Assembly: GCA_037190965.1 (NCBI GenBank)
Contig: JBBCKI010000073.1
Span: 1-40,053 of the forward strand
Source: Chthoniobacteraceae bacterium
GTDB taxonomy: Bacteria > Verrucomicrobiota > Verrucomicrobiia > Chthoniobacterales > Chthoniobacteraceae
Reading direction: 5' to 3'
Length of the DNA: 40,053 nucleotides
Below the pieces are notes generated by a model. The model ran no database searches. It saw only the letters and a program-made list of their open reading frames with translations, and was not told the DNA's origin. Shown piece after piece: positions 27,716 to 35,754 of the stretch; position 1 is the stretch's first letter; each line of letters starts with the position of its first letter. Position numbers and translations under genes: made by a program.

Positions 27716-28384
27716 CTACTCCTTCAAATCGGAAGGCGCTTCTTCTTCGTCGCTCTCGGAGCCGCCATCTTCTTCAGTCAACCCGAAGAGGGAGGTTACA
27801 GGCTGCCGGACGCGCGTTGCTTTGCGCTGTTTTTCAATCTGAGATTGGCATTCCACGGTCAACCGGGCAAACGGAATCGCTTCGAGCCGGGCGTGGGGGA
27901 TCGGTTTGTTGCTCATCTCGCAGATGCCATAGGTGCCGGCATCCACGCGCTTGAGGGCTTCTTCGATCTCGTAAAGGGCGTCCTGTTCCTGCGAGAGGAG
28001 GCTCAAGGCGAAGTCGCGATCGTAGGCATCGCTCCCGGCATCAGCCTGGTGCATGCCAAAGGCGCTCGCTTCGCTTCCTTCCGCACGGGAGCGGAGGTTA
28101 TCCTTGGCCACTCCGGCCATGGAATCGAGCATTCCGTCGCGTAGCGCGAGCAGGCGTTCCTTCTGTTTCTTCAGGAACGGCGAAAGCTTCGCATCGGCTT
28201 CGGATTCTTTGATCTCGGGGGGGCGGAACGTGTCGATGGAATTGGAGGGCTTGTTCTTGGACATGAGTTTTCCAGGTTTGGCTTCCGGCGAAGTCGGAGC
28301 AGCAGCCGCCTGTGACTTCTCAGCAGCGCTGGTGCTGCCGGAATCGTCAGGGTCTGTCGAGTGATCTGTTTTCGCTTGTGCCAT
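27716..28384 (-). CDS. TraR/DksA-family transcription factor with degenerate (2-Cys) zinc finger
   Basis: Coiled coil with tip HQADAGSD, EIEEALKRVDAGTYGICEMS...IP.ARLEAIPFARLTVECQ; low-complexity N-tail and acidic C-tail; start ATG 28384 (an internal MSKNK start is also possible). Confidence 0.9.
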   Translation of the reverse strand: MAQAKTDHSTDPDDSGSTSAAEKSQAAAAPTSPEAKPGKLMSKNKPSNSIDTFRPPEIKESEADAKLSPFLKKQKERLLALRDGMLDSMAGVAKDNLRSRAEGSEASAFGMHQADAGSDAYDRDFALSLLSQEQDALYEIEEALKRVDAGTYGICEMSNKPIPHARLEAIPFARLTVECQSQIEKQRKATRVRQPVTSLFGLTEEDGGSESDEEEAPSDLKE

Positions 28385-28407
28385 TAGTATCGGGGCTGCC
28401 CAAAAAA

Positions 28408-28447
28408 TTGAGCGCGAATATGTAGCGGCTTTCCCAAAGGGGTGCAA
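28408..28447 (-). promoter_or_regulatory. Candidate sigma70 promoter for the dksA-like-rpmG-rpsR unit
   Basis: TTGCAC (28447-28442), 17 bp, TACATA(TT), then GC-rich CGCGC discriminator-like stretch; the -10 match is weak. Confidence 0.35.
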
Positions 28448-28557
28448 GGGGAATATCGGCCAAATATTTCAGCCCGGGTTTCTCTGAAAAATGCAGGGAG
28501 GGGTGGTATTCGAGGTTGGTCCGAGGTTTGTCCGTCTTCAGTTCGCCGGATCCGTTT

Positions 28558-29355
28558 TCAGGAACTGGCGCTGGTGTAGCGGGCGAGCGCAAACTTCCAG
28601 AAAAAGCGGCTTGCGGCCAGCACAAAACAGGCCCCCAGCGCCAATTGTAACAAAGGGTAAAAGACCGGTCCTGAAAACGAGCCCATCAGAAACCGCGAAG
28701 GGACGTTGGCGACGAGGATGATCGGGATGATCCAGGAAAAAATGAGCTTGAAGATGCCGTGAAACACCACGTCCGGGTAGCGCCCCAGCGCGAAGGTGTT
28801 GAAGTACCCGGAAAAGAGCCCCTGCGCGCGGACGATCCAGAACGAGGCCGTGGCCAGAAAGAACATGACCGAGTAGTGAACCGCCACGCCGAACCCGAGT
28901 GTCCCAAGAAAGAGCAGCACCTGCGATGTCTCGGGCCGGAGACCGAGTTTTGCCAGGGAAAGCGTAATAATCCCGATGCTCACCATGCCGTTGACAACAT
29001 TATCGAGGCCAAACTGCCGCGTGGAGACGGCGAACTGCGAATCCACGGGAAGGAGCAGCATGAAGTCCATCTTCCCGGTCCTTACCAATTCGGGAATGTT
29101 GGCCACGTTCACAAAAAAGAACGCCTGGAAAATCTGGCCGATCAACTGGTGCGTTCCGAGCAGCAGGACCATCTGCCACTTTGTCCAATCCCCGATGGAT
29201 TGAACGTGCTGGAAGAGCACCTCGATGAACACCATCTGCCCGCCAAACCAGCAGATCTCCACGGCGATCCAGAGGAGGAAGTTGGCCTTGAAGCTCATCT
29301 CCCGGATCAGGGAGTTGCGGAGCATGATTCCGTAGATTTCGAGATAACGGCGCAT
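28558..29355 (-). CDS. ABC-2 family permease (DUF990-like)
   Basis: REMSFKANF, IGDWT, VRTGKMDFMLLLPVD, RYP..VF, final RYTSASS; multiple TM segments. Confidence 0.9.
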   Translation of the reverse strand: MRRYLEIYGIMLRNSLIREMSFKANFLLWIAVEICWFGGQMVFIEVLFQHVQSIGDWTKWQMVLLLGTHQLIGQIFQAFFFVNVANIPELVRTGKMDFMLLLPVDSQFAVSTRQFGLDNVVNGMVSIGIITLSLAKLGLRPETSQVLLFLGTLGFGVAVHYSVMFFLATASFWIVRAQGLFSGYFNTFALGRYPDVVFHGIFKLIFSWIIPIILVANVPSRFLMGSFSGPVFYPLLQLALGACFVLAASRFFWKFALARYTSASS

Positions 29356-29359
29356 ATGC

Positions 29360-30163
29360 TCAGCCTCCCACGGCCTGGTACTTTTTGACTCCCCGGCTCC
29401 AGAGCCACTGCGAAGCGAGCCACATCAGGAACACCCACGTGGCCTGAATGACGAGACCCGTCCAAAGCTCCCACCCCTGCACTTTCTCCATGAACACCTG
29501 GACGGGAAAGAACATCTGATAAGGGAAAGGGAAAAACATCAAAATCTTCTGAAACCAAGGCGGCATGATATCGATGGGGAAAGTGTGGCCGCTCAGGAAA
29601 TATTCAAAAGAATAGACGATGAAAACGAGCGTACTGATCTCCAGCAGCCAAAAGGCCATCAGCGCAACGGTGTAGGCAATCAGGAAGGAGATGGCCGCCG
29701 CCATGCAGACGGAGAGAAAGAAAATCGGCCAGGTCATCAGGCTCTTCGGCAGCGTCACATAATCGCTGAACCAAAAGAACACCAGAGCCAGCGGCACGAT
29801 CGTAATGAAGGAGTAAACCAGCCGATACGAGAGAAAGAGCGAGACGCGATAGGCGAGATAATTAAGCGGTTTGACAAGAAACGCGCTGATCTGCCCTTCG
29901 CGGATGTCGGCGGCGATCTGCCATTCGTCCTCCGTGGGTGTCACCAGATTATCCACCACGAGCACCAGGATGAAATACCAGATCATCGAAGCATAGTTGT
30001 AGGACGCGATTCCCCCGGTGGTTTCGGAAAAAATGGCGCGCCAGATAAACACGGTCCCCGCCAGCGGCAGCAGCCCGAACATCGACCGGAACAAAATATT
30101 CCAGCGGTAGACAAAGGTATTTTGAAGCCCGATGCCGAAAGTCTTGGTGTATTTCAAAAACAT
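29360..30163 (-). CDS. ABC-2 family permease (DUF990-like), second subunit
   Basis: YRWN, IAADIREGQISAFLVKPLNY, LSG..FPID..P, final KYQAVGG; start ATG 30163 (MFLKY). Confidence 0.9.
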   Translation of the reverse strand: MFLKYTKTFGIGLQNTFVYRWNILFRSMFGLLPLAGTVFIWRAIFSETTGGIASYNYASMIWYFILVLVVDNLVTPTEDEWQIAADIREGQISAFLVKPLNYLAYRVSLFLSYRLVYSFITIVPLALVFFWFSDYVTLPKSLMTWPIFFLSVCMAAAISFLIAYTVALMAFWLLEISTLVFIVYSFEYFLSGHTFPIDIMPPWFQKILMFFPFPYQMFFPVQVFMEKVQGWELWTGLVIQATWVFLMWLASQWLWSRGVKKYQAVGG

Positions 30164-30170
30164 CGGTGGC

Positions 30171-30623
30171 CTACGAAATATTGAACCCTGAATCGCGCTC
30201 CAGCATCTTGGCCTCATCCTCCATTCGTGTCGCGATATTTCGCAATTCCCGCGCATCGCTACGGAGTTTTGTGGCGAGCCGGATGCGCTCAGCGGCAGAA
30301 GCGCTTTGCATCCCCTTATTCTCCTTGGCGCCGTAACCAGGCGACTCGTCGACTTCTCTCACTAGCATTTCGGCTTTCTCGTAATCAGCTTGGACCTCTT
30401 CTCTAAGCGACTCGCGGGAATCCCGAAGTAACTCATGAGGAGAAATTTGAAGGGTTTTGCAGATTTTTTGAAGAAATTTCTCCCCAGCCTCGCGAGCCCC
30501 GGTCTCAACATTGCCGATACTCGACACGGCGAGCCCACTAAGCCGTGCAAGTTGTTCTAGAGTAAGACCCGCCTTTTTTCGATAAAAACGGAGGGAATTC
30601 TGGGTTTTCTTCAAATTCTTCAA
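30171..30623 (-). CDS. XRE/cI-like HTH transcriptional regulator with C-terminal helical region
   Basis: LRFYRKKAGLTLEQLARLSGLAVSSIGNVETG...LQKICKTLQISPHELL HTH_3 pattern; TTG start; no S24 peptidase domain seen. Confidence 0.88.
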   Translation of the reverse strand: MKNLKKTQNSLRFYRKKAGLTLEQLARLSGLAVSSIGNVETGAREAGEKFLQKICKTLQISPHELLRDSRESLREEVQADYEKAEMLVREVDESPGYGAKENKGMQSASAAERIRLATKLRSDARELRNIATRMEDEAKMLERDSGFNIS

Positions 30624-30664
30624 AATTACTTGCGGCTCTTCATTTTTTCTGCAACCCTAACGAA

Positions 30665-30850
30665 ATGATGGTAACGGGTTACTCTGCAAAAGCAAAGCTG
30701 AAGAAAGCCGGGTGGACCCATCAGGCCGCTGCCGCCGTGCTTGGCGTCCATCGCGTGCACCTGACTTACGTTTTAAATGGCCAGCGCAAGTCAGAACGCC
30801 TCCTGCGTGCCATCTCCGCCCTTGCTGACGCTCCCGCCAAAAAACAATGA
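30665..30850 (+). CDS. Small Cro/Ner-like HTH protein
   Basis: KAKLKKAGWTHQAAAAVLGVHRVHLTYVLNGQRKSERLL; 61 aa, divergent from the XRE gene across 41 bp. Confidence 0.8.
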   Translation: MMVTGYSAKAKLKKAGWTHQAAAAVLGVHRVHLTYVLNGQRKSERLLRAISALADAPAKKQ

Positions 30851-31062
30851 GCATGATTTCCTCCGTGCCTCCCTCCATCCTGGTTGTGCTTGTTGAACAA
30901 AGCGCCCGAACGCTGTCAGCCGTTCTGCCGATTCTCGATCCGCTCAAAATGTCGTCGGACGATCTCAGCAGGTTATTTGCAGAGATCCATACCGTTACGA
31001 CAGAAATAGAGGTGCTCAAAATGCGCGCAAACCGCATTCGCGAAAACAGACGCGGCACCTGA
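30847..31062 (+). CDS. Hypothetical small helical protein (71 aa)
   Basis: ATGA overlap with the Cro-like gene implies translational coupling; no recognised motif. Confidence 0.6.
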   Translation: MSMISSVPPSILVVLVEQSARTLSAVLPILDPLKMSSDDLSRLFAEIHTVTTEIEVLKMRANRIRENRRGT

Positions 31063-31136
31063 TGTGTTACTCCGTAATCATAAAAGGTAAATCAAAGCTG
31101 GCTTGAGGATAAGTTTTCGGTAAGCTCCCGCCTCGT

Positions 31137-32276
31137 ATGAGAATTCTAGGACGGAATAGGAGAATTTCAGGAGGCGTCGCAGCACGCTTGCTTTTTGTTT
31201 GCGCCCTACTGGCGACAGTCGCGCTGGCCTATTTCAAGAAAGAAGAGATCAAGGAAAGAGCTGCCGTGATCCGCTCGAATTGGGAGCGAATGCAGTCCCG
31301 CTCTTCTGAATCCGAATCAGAATCGGCCACGGAAGCCCCCTCCCCTCAGCCCGAGGTTGACGCCTCCCCTGAAACGATCGCACCTGCCGCACCGGTCGAG
31401 GAGCCCACTCCGACGCCCACTCCGGTTCCGACGCCCACTCCCCCGCCGGTCGTTATTGAAGAGAAACTGGATCACGATGCCATTGCCCGCTCTCCGGCGT
31501 TGTGGCCCAAACAGGTTGGCCTGACGAAACCGGTGGCCTTCCCCATTGTTTTTAACGGGAGAGTGGCTGGCGAGGCCAGCGTTCCCGCCGGAACGATGCT
31601 GGTCCTCTCACGCGTCATCGCCGGGCCTGCCGGGGAAGTTGAGGTCGTTTACCAGGGGAGCAAGCGAACAATCCCGGGGAATTCGACCGATCTTATCCAA
31701 CGTGCGACCGCGATGAAAAACGCCGCTCCGGCCCAGCCTGCGGGAGCCATGGCGGCACGACAAGCGGTAGGGCCTTCCGCGGCAACCTCCGCCTCTGCGG
31801 CAGCCCCGGCTCAGCCGTCCGCGCGTTCCGCCAACCCCGCCGAAAAGATCTCTCTCGAAGTGGTGCGAAAGAAACTGACCCGGATTGAGGGCGGGGATTG
31901 GGACGACAAGAAAGACCGAATCTCGCTCCGGGTGAAATTCGCCAACTCGGATTCGAAAGTCGCCTTCAAGAACTTCCAGGCCGAAGTTTATGTGTTTGCC
32001 CAGAGCATTCTTGACCCGAAGATGACAAAGTTGGTGGGGGCAGAGAAATTCCCCTTGTCCCTCGAACCGTTCGGAAAACACGAGGTGTCCACGACGGAGT
32101 GCGTCACCGCTTATGATACGACCGGTGCGCGGTTTGGTCACCAGTATCAAGGCTGGATCGTCCGGGTCCGCGACGACAAGGGTGCCCTGATTATCGATAA
32201 GGCGACTACCCCAACCCTGAGCAAAAGCACGGAAAAGCTCATCAAGCTGCGCGTGGATGAAGAAACGACGCGCTAA
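31137..32276 (+). CDS. Membrane-anchored hypothetical protein (TM, PT-rich linker, two beta-rich extracytoplasmic domains)
   Basis: TM LLFVCALLATVALAYF; PTPTPTPVPTPTPPP linker; domain 1 WPKQV...VPAGT...TDL; Ala-rich linker; domain 2 ending GWIVRVRD. Confidence 0.85.
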   Translation: MRILGRNRRISGGVAARLLFVCALLATVALAYFKKEEIKERAAVIRSNWERMQSRSSESESESATEAPSPQPEVDASPETIAPAAPVEEPTPTPTPVPTPTPPPVVIEEKLDHDAIARSPALWPKQVGLTKPVAFPIVFNGRVAGEASVPAGTMLVLSRVIAGPAGEVEVVYQGSKRTIPGNSTDLIQRATAMKNAAPAQPAGAMAARQAVGPSAATSASAAAPAQPSARSANPAEKISLEVVRKKLTRIEGGDWDDKKDRISLRVKFANSDSKVAFKNFQAEVYVFAQSILDPKMTKLVGAEKFPLSLEPFGKHEVSTTECVTAYDTTGARFGHQYQGWIVRVRDDKGALIIDKATTPTLSKSTEKLIKLRVDEETTR

Positions 32277-32277
32277 A

Positions 32278-32991
32278 TCAGGCGCCTTTCTCCCACTCCA
32301 TCACGACAAAGTACGGCACGCGCCGGAATCGATCCGCAGTGGCGGGGTCGCCTCCCTCTTGCGGGGCCGGTTCCGCGTAATACCGAAGGTTAAGCCCCTG
32401 TTCCAGCAGCAGGGACATGTAGAGGCTTTCGGGGCGATGCCAGTTCCGGATTTGAATACCGCGCCAGCCAACCCATTCCGCGCGTTCCTCAAGATAACGG
32501 TCGATACGGAAAGACGGGGCGCCTTCCGCGTCACAGGTCCAGCCCCCACCTACGGCGGCGGTGCTGAAGCTGGTGAGATTTGCGATGAGAAGGGTTCCGC
32601 CGGGACGTAGAACCCGCGCCATCTCGGGGATCGCCACGGCGATATCGGGAATGTCGATCAGGGTGAGATAACTCACCACGAGGTCGAAGGATTGATCCGC
32701 AAACTCCAGGCATTCCGCACGGCCGATACGGTAGTCCCCTTCGGGATCGCGGCTGCGGGCATGCCGGATAAATGGCTCCGTCGGGTCGATGCCCACGGGA
32801 CGAATGCCGCAGGCTTCCAGCATTCGGCAAAAGCGGCCTTCCCCGCAGCCGACATCCAATGCCGTCCGGAAATTCCTCCCTTTGACGCGCTCGAGCATTG
32901 GCGCATCCAGCACGAAAGCACGGCTATAGTCCCCCTTTTCGCCCATATCGGCGATCCAGGCTGAGGCTGATTCTTCCCATCCGTCAGACAT
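32278..32991 (-). CDS. Class I SAM-dependent methyltransferase
   Basis: ALDVGCGEG motif I, FADQSFDLVVS, EMARVLRPGG. Confidence 0.93.
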   Translation of the reverse strand: MSDGWEESASAWIADMGEKGDYSRAFVLDAPMLERVKGRNFRTALDVGCGEGRFCRMLEACGIRPVGIDPTEPFIRHARSRDPEGDYRIGRAECLEFADQSFDLVVSYLTLIDIPDIAVAIPEMARVLRPGGTLLIANLTSFSTAAVGGGWTCDAEGAPSFRIDRYLEERAEWVGWRGIQIRNWHRPESLYMSLLLEQGLNLRYYAEPAPQEGGDPATADRFRRVPYFVVMEWEKGA

Positions 32992-33056
32992 CCGGGAAGA
33001 AAAGCACGAAAATGGAGAAATAGGAAATCGGATCTCCGGCGGAGGATTGGCCTCCT

Positions 33057-33100
33057 TTCACCGAAACGTCACGTCGGCGTCACACAGTTGTCACATACGG
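33057..33100 (+). promoter_or_regulatory. Pho box array (PhoB/PhoP-type 11-bp direct repeats)
   Basis: TTCAC 33057, GTCAC 33068, 33079, 33090 at exact 11-bp period, upstream of porin-pstSCAB-phoU. Confidence 0.85.
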
Positions 33101-33176
33101 CCTTCAGCTTCTGCGCCGTACACAGGACACAAATCCCAAGACAACAAACCTAACCTAACCTTACCCAACCTGACGC

Positions 33177-34613
33177 ATGACGAAATCCATCCTTCCCTCG
33201 CTGACCACCGCCGGGGTGCTCGCTTTTGCGGCGCTCGGCAGTCCAGCGTTTGCCCAAGATAGCGGCGCGCTGCTCGACGCGCTGGTCCGCAAGAATGTTC
33301 TCTCCGCACAGGAGGCTGAGGACATCCGGGCCGATCTGGTGCGCGAGAACGCGGCGACGACCGCCGGCAAGATCCAGCTCGGCAGTTCGGTCACCGAGAT
33401 GAAGCTCTCCGGCGATCTCCGGCTTCGCTACCAGTACGACAATCGCAAGGCCGTAGACGTGAATCCGGACGGCCCCGGCGTCGGTTTCCCGCAGCACGGC
33501 CAACAGCGTTCACGGGAACGGTTCCGCCTCCGCCTCAACGCCGACTTCAAGCTCTCCGATCAGTTCTTCGGCGGCGTGCAACTCCAGACCGGAAGCGCCG
33601 CGGACAGCGCCAACCAGACCTTCGGCAGCGGCTTCGGCAACTACAACATCTTCATCAGCCGCGCTTATCTCGGCTGGCAGGCCACCGACTGGCTTACCCT
33701 CGTCGGCGGCAAACAGCCGAACCCGTTCTATACCACCGACCTCGTCTGGGACTCCGACATCAACCCGGACGGCTTCAGCCAGAGGATTGACTTCCACAAG
33801 CTCTTCGCCGCGGGAGGCTCCGAGACGGTCTCTTACTCCGACGGAAAGTCGATTTCCAGTTCCACCTCATCGGTGCGCATCCTTCCTCCTTGGGAGCTTT
33901 CGCTCGTCGCCGGGCAGTTCATCTTCACGGATAACAACGAGGACGCCTTCGACAACGATTCCTCCACGGATGCCTGGCTCTTTGTCACGCAGCTCGTCGG
34001 CAGCTACAAATTCAATTCGGACGTGAAGCTGACGGTTGCTCCGGGTTACATGGCTTATACGGCGGCGGACGTCACCGGCGTGAGCAACGAAACCTCCTTC
34101 AACCTCGCCGGGGGAACGCGGAACCTCTCGATTGTCACCGCACCGGGCGACCTGGCATTCAAGGTTGCCGGGCTGAAAGCCAAAGTGCTGTGGGATTTCG
34201 CCTATAACACCGAGGGCAACGCGCGGGCCAGGGAGATCTACGCGATGAGCGGTCTGCCGGGCGTTTCCGAACACTCTTCCCGGGATAACCTCGCCTGGCT
34301 CGCCGGTATCCAGATCGGCGAGAACAAGAAGAAGGGTGACTGGTCGCTCATTGCCAACTACCGGCAGACCGGGTTTGCCTCTGTCGATCCGAACCTGAAC
34401 GATTCCGACTTCGCCCTCGGGCAGTTGAACACGCAAGGCGTTAAAATCGGCGCGGCTTACAACCTCACCGACTTCTGTGTCCTCGCGGCCACCTACTTCG
34501 ATGCCACGAGCCTTCGTAAGAATCTCTATGGCGGCGAAGCCACCAAAGGCAACAAACTGGCGTATCTCGGTTCCGTCCGGATCTTCCAGCTCGATCTCAA
34601 CGTGAAGTTTTAA
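33177..34613 (+). CDS. Outer-membrane beta-barrel, 'putative porin' family, probably phosphate-starvation induced
   Basis: Signal peptide (AFA-QD), ALLDALVRKNVLS..EA N-helix, KLSGDLRLRY, RERFRLRL, WDSDINPDG, C-terminal QLDLNVKF. Confidence 0.88.
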   Translation: MTKSILPSLTTAGVLAFAALGSPAFAQDSGALLDALVRKNVLSAQEAEDIRADLVRENAATTAGKIQLGSSVTEMKLSGDLRLRYQYDNRKAVDVNPDGPGVGFPQHGQQRSRERFRLRLNADFKLSDQFFGGVQLQTGSAADSANQTFGSGFGNYNIFISRAYLGWQATDWLTLVGGKQPNPFYTTDLVWDSDINPDGFSQRIDFHKLFAAGGSETVSYSDGKSISSSTSSVRILPPWELSLVAGQFIFTDNNEDAFDNDSSTDAWLFVTQLVGSYKFNSDVKLTVAPGYMAYTAADVTGVSNETSFNLAGGTRNLSIVTAPGDLAFKVAGLKAKVLWDFAYNTEGNARAREIYAMSGLPGVSEHSSRDNLAWLAGIQIGENKKKGDWSLIANYRQTGFASVDPNLNDSDFALGQLNTQGVKIGAAYNLTDFCVLAATYFDATSLRKNLYGGEATKGNKLAYLGSVRIFQLDLNVKF

Positions 34614-34614
34614 T

Positions 34615-34772
34615 CCGAAAACCGATGTTGGAGCGAGTGGCATTGTGCAAGAGCCTGGAGCAGAAACGGTTGAGGAGAAGCGCAGCCCTATCTTCGATAG
34701 GGCAAGTCTTCGACGAAAGCGTTTCTGCCCAGGAAATTGCGCAAGGCCGCCGCGATCAACGTCGGTTTTCGG
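34615..34772. mobile_element. ~158-bp long palindromic (MITE/RPE-like) element between the porin and pstS
   Basis: Terminal arms CCGAAAACCGATGTTG (34615-34630) / CAACGTCGGTTTTCGG (34757-34772); nested TTGTGCAA/TTGCGCAA, CCTGG-A-GCAGAAACG/CGTTTCTGC-CCAGG; apex GCCCTATC-TTC-GATAGGGC. Confidence 0.7.
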
Positions 34773-34804
34773 TTCAATCCCAAGTGGGGCTCATGAGAGC
34801 CCAG

Positions 34805-34846
34805 AAAAAAAACGGAGCCCGGTGTTAGTGTGTGGCACCGGGCTCC
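34805..34846 (-). terminator. GC-rich hairpin with A-tract (minus-strand terminator-like, or mRNA-stabilising stem upstream of pstS)
   Basis: AAAAAAAAC-GGAGCCCGGTG...CACCGGGCTCC; the U-tract follows only on the minus strand. Confidence 0.5.
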
Positions 34847-34883
34847 CTACTCTCTCTCGAAAAAAACCAAAAACGCTCGATCT

Positions 34884-35693
34884 ATGAAAAACCTGATTAC
34901 CCTCGTTACCGCGCTCGCGTTCACCGCTTCTGCCGGCATGGCGGAGCAACTCGTCATCAAAGGATCCGATACGCTCGGTGCGAAGCTCGTCCCGCAGCTT
35001 GCCGAGATCTTCAAGTCGGAAAACCCCGGCACGACCTTCAACATCGCCGCCGAAGGCTCATCCACCGGCTTCGCCGCATTGATCGACCAGACGGCCCACA
35101 TCGGAATGTCCAGCCGCCGCGCCAAACCGACGGAGATCTCGTCGGCCGCCGCGAAGGGGCTCAACCTCAAGGCAACCATCGTGGCCTGGGATGGGATCGG
35201 AATTGTCGTTAACGGCAATAATCCGATCAAATCGCTGACCAAGAAACAGGTGGAACAGATCTTCGCCGGTGACATCACCGACTGGGGCGCCCTCGGCGGA
35301 ACTCCGGGCAAGATCTCCATCTACACCCGCAACACCTCCTCGGGCACATACGCCGACTTCAAGGAGCTGGCGATGAGCAAGCGCGACTACGCGGGCTCCG
35401 CCCAGAAGATGGCGGGCAACGAGCAGATCGCCTCGGAGGTCGCGAAGAACGCGTCGGGCATCGGCTACGTCGGCCTCGCCTACCTCAAGACCCCGGGAGT
35501 CAAGGTAGTACCGGTGGACGGAGCAACGCCGACGCACGACGCGGTGCGGTCCAAGGCATATCCTTTCTCCCGCCCGACCTTCTACTACACCAACGGCGAA
35601 CCAGCCGGAGCGGCCAAGGCGTTCATCGACTTCACCCTGAGTTCCAAAGGCCAGAAAATTGCCGAACAGGTCGGTTTCGTCTCGGTGAAATAA
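34884..35693 (+). CDS. pstS: Phosphate ABC transporter substrate-binding protein PstS
   Basis: Signal peptide, IKGSDT, GSSTG..AL, IGMSSR, RNTSSGT, IGYVG, YPFSRP; start ATG 34884. Confidence 0.95.
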   Translation: MKNLITLVTALAFTASAGMAEQLVIKGSDTLGAKLVPQLAEIFKSENPGTTFNIAAEGSSTGFAALIDQTAHIGMSSRRAKPTEISSAAAKGLNLKATIVAWDGIGIVVNGNNPIKSLTKKQVEQIFAGDITDWGALGGTPGKISIYTRNTSSGTYADFKELAMSKRDYAGSAQKMAGNEQIASEVAKNASGIGYVGLAYLKTPGVKVVPVDGATPTHDAVRSKAYPFSRPTFYYTNGEPAGAAKAFIDFTLSSKGQKIAEQVGFVSVK

Positions 35694-35754
35694 CCGGGGC
35701 CGGGAAAGAGGTTTCCAAATAAGACCCGATGGTTAAACTCAGCACCTTCCTGCC

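Noticed and set aside
27167..28144. 325-aa plus-strand ORF
   Set aside because: Antisense to rpsR, rpmG and the dksA-like gene; no motif
33147..33171. AACCT pentamer repeats just before the porin start
   Set aside because: Short and imperfect; most simply an unstructured A/C-rich translation-initiation region
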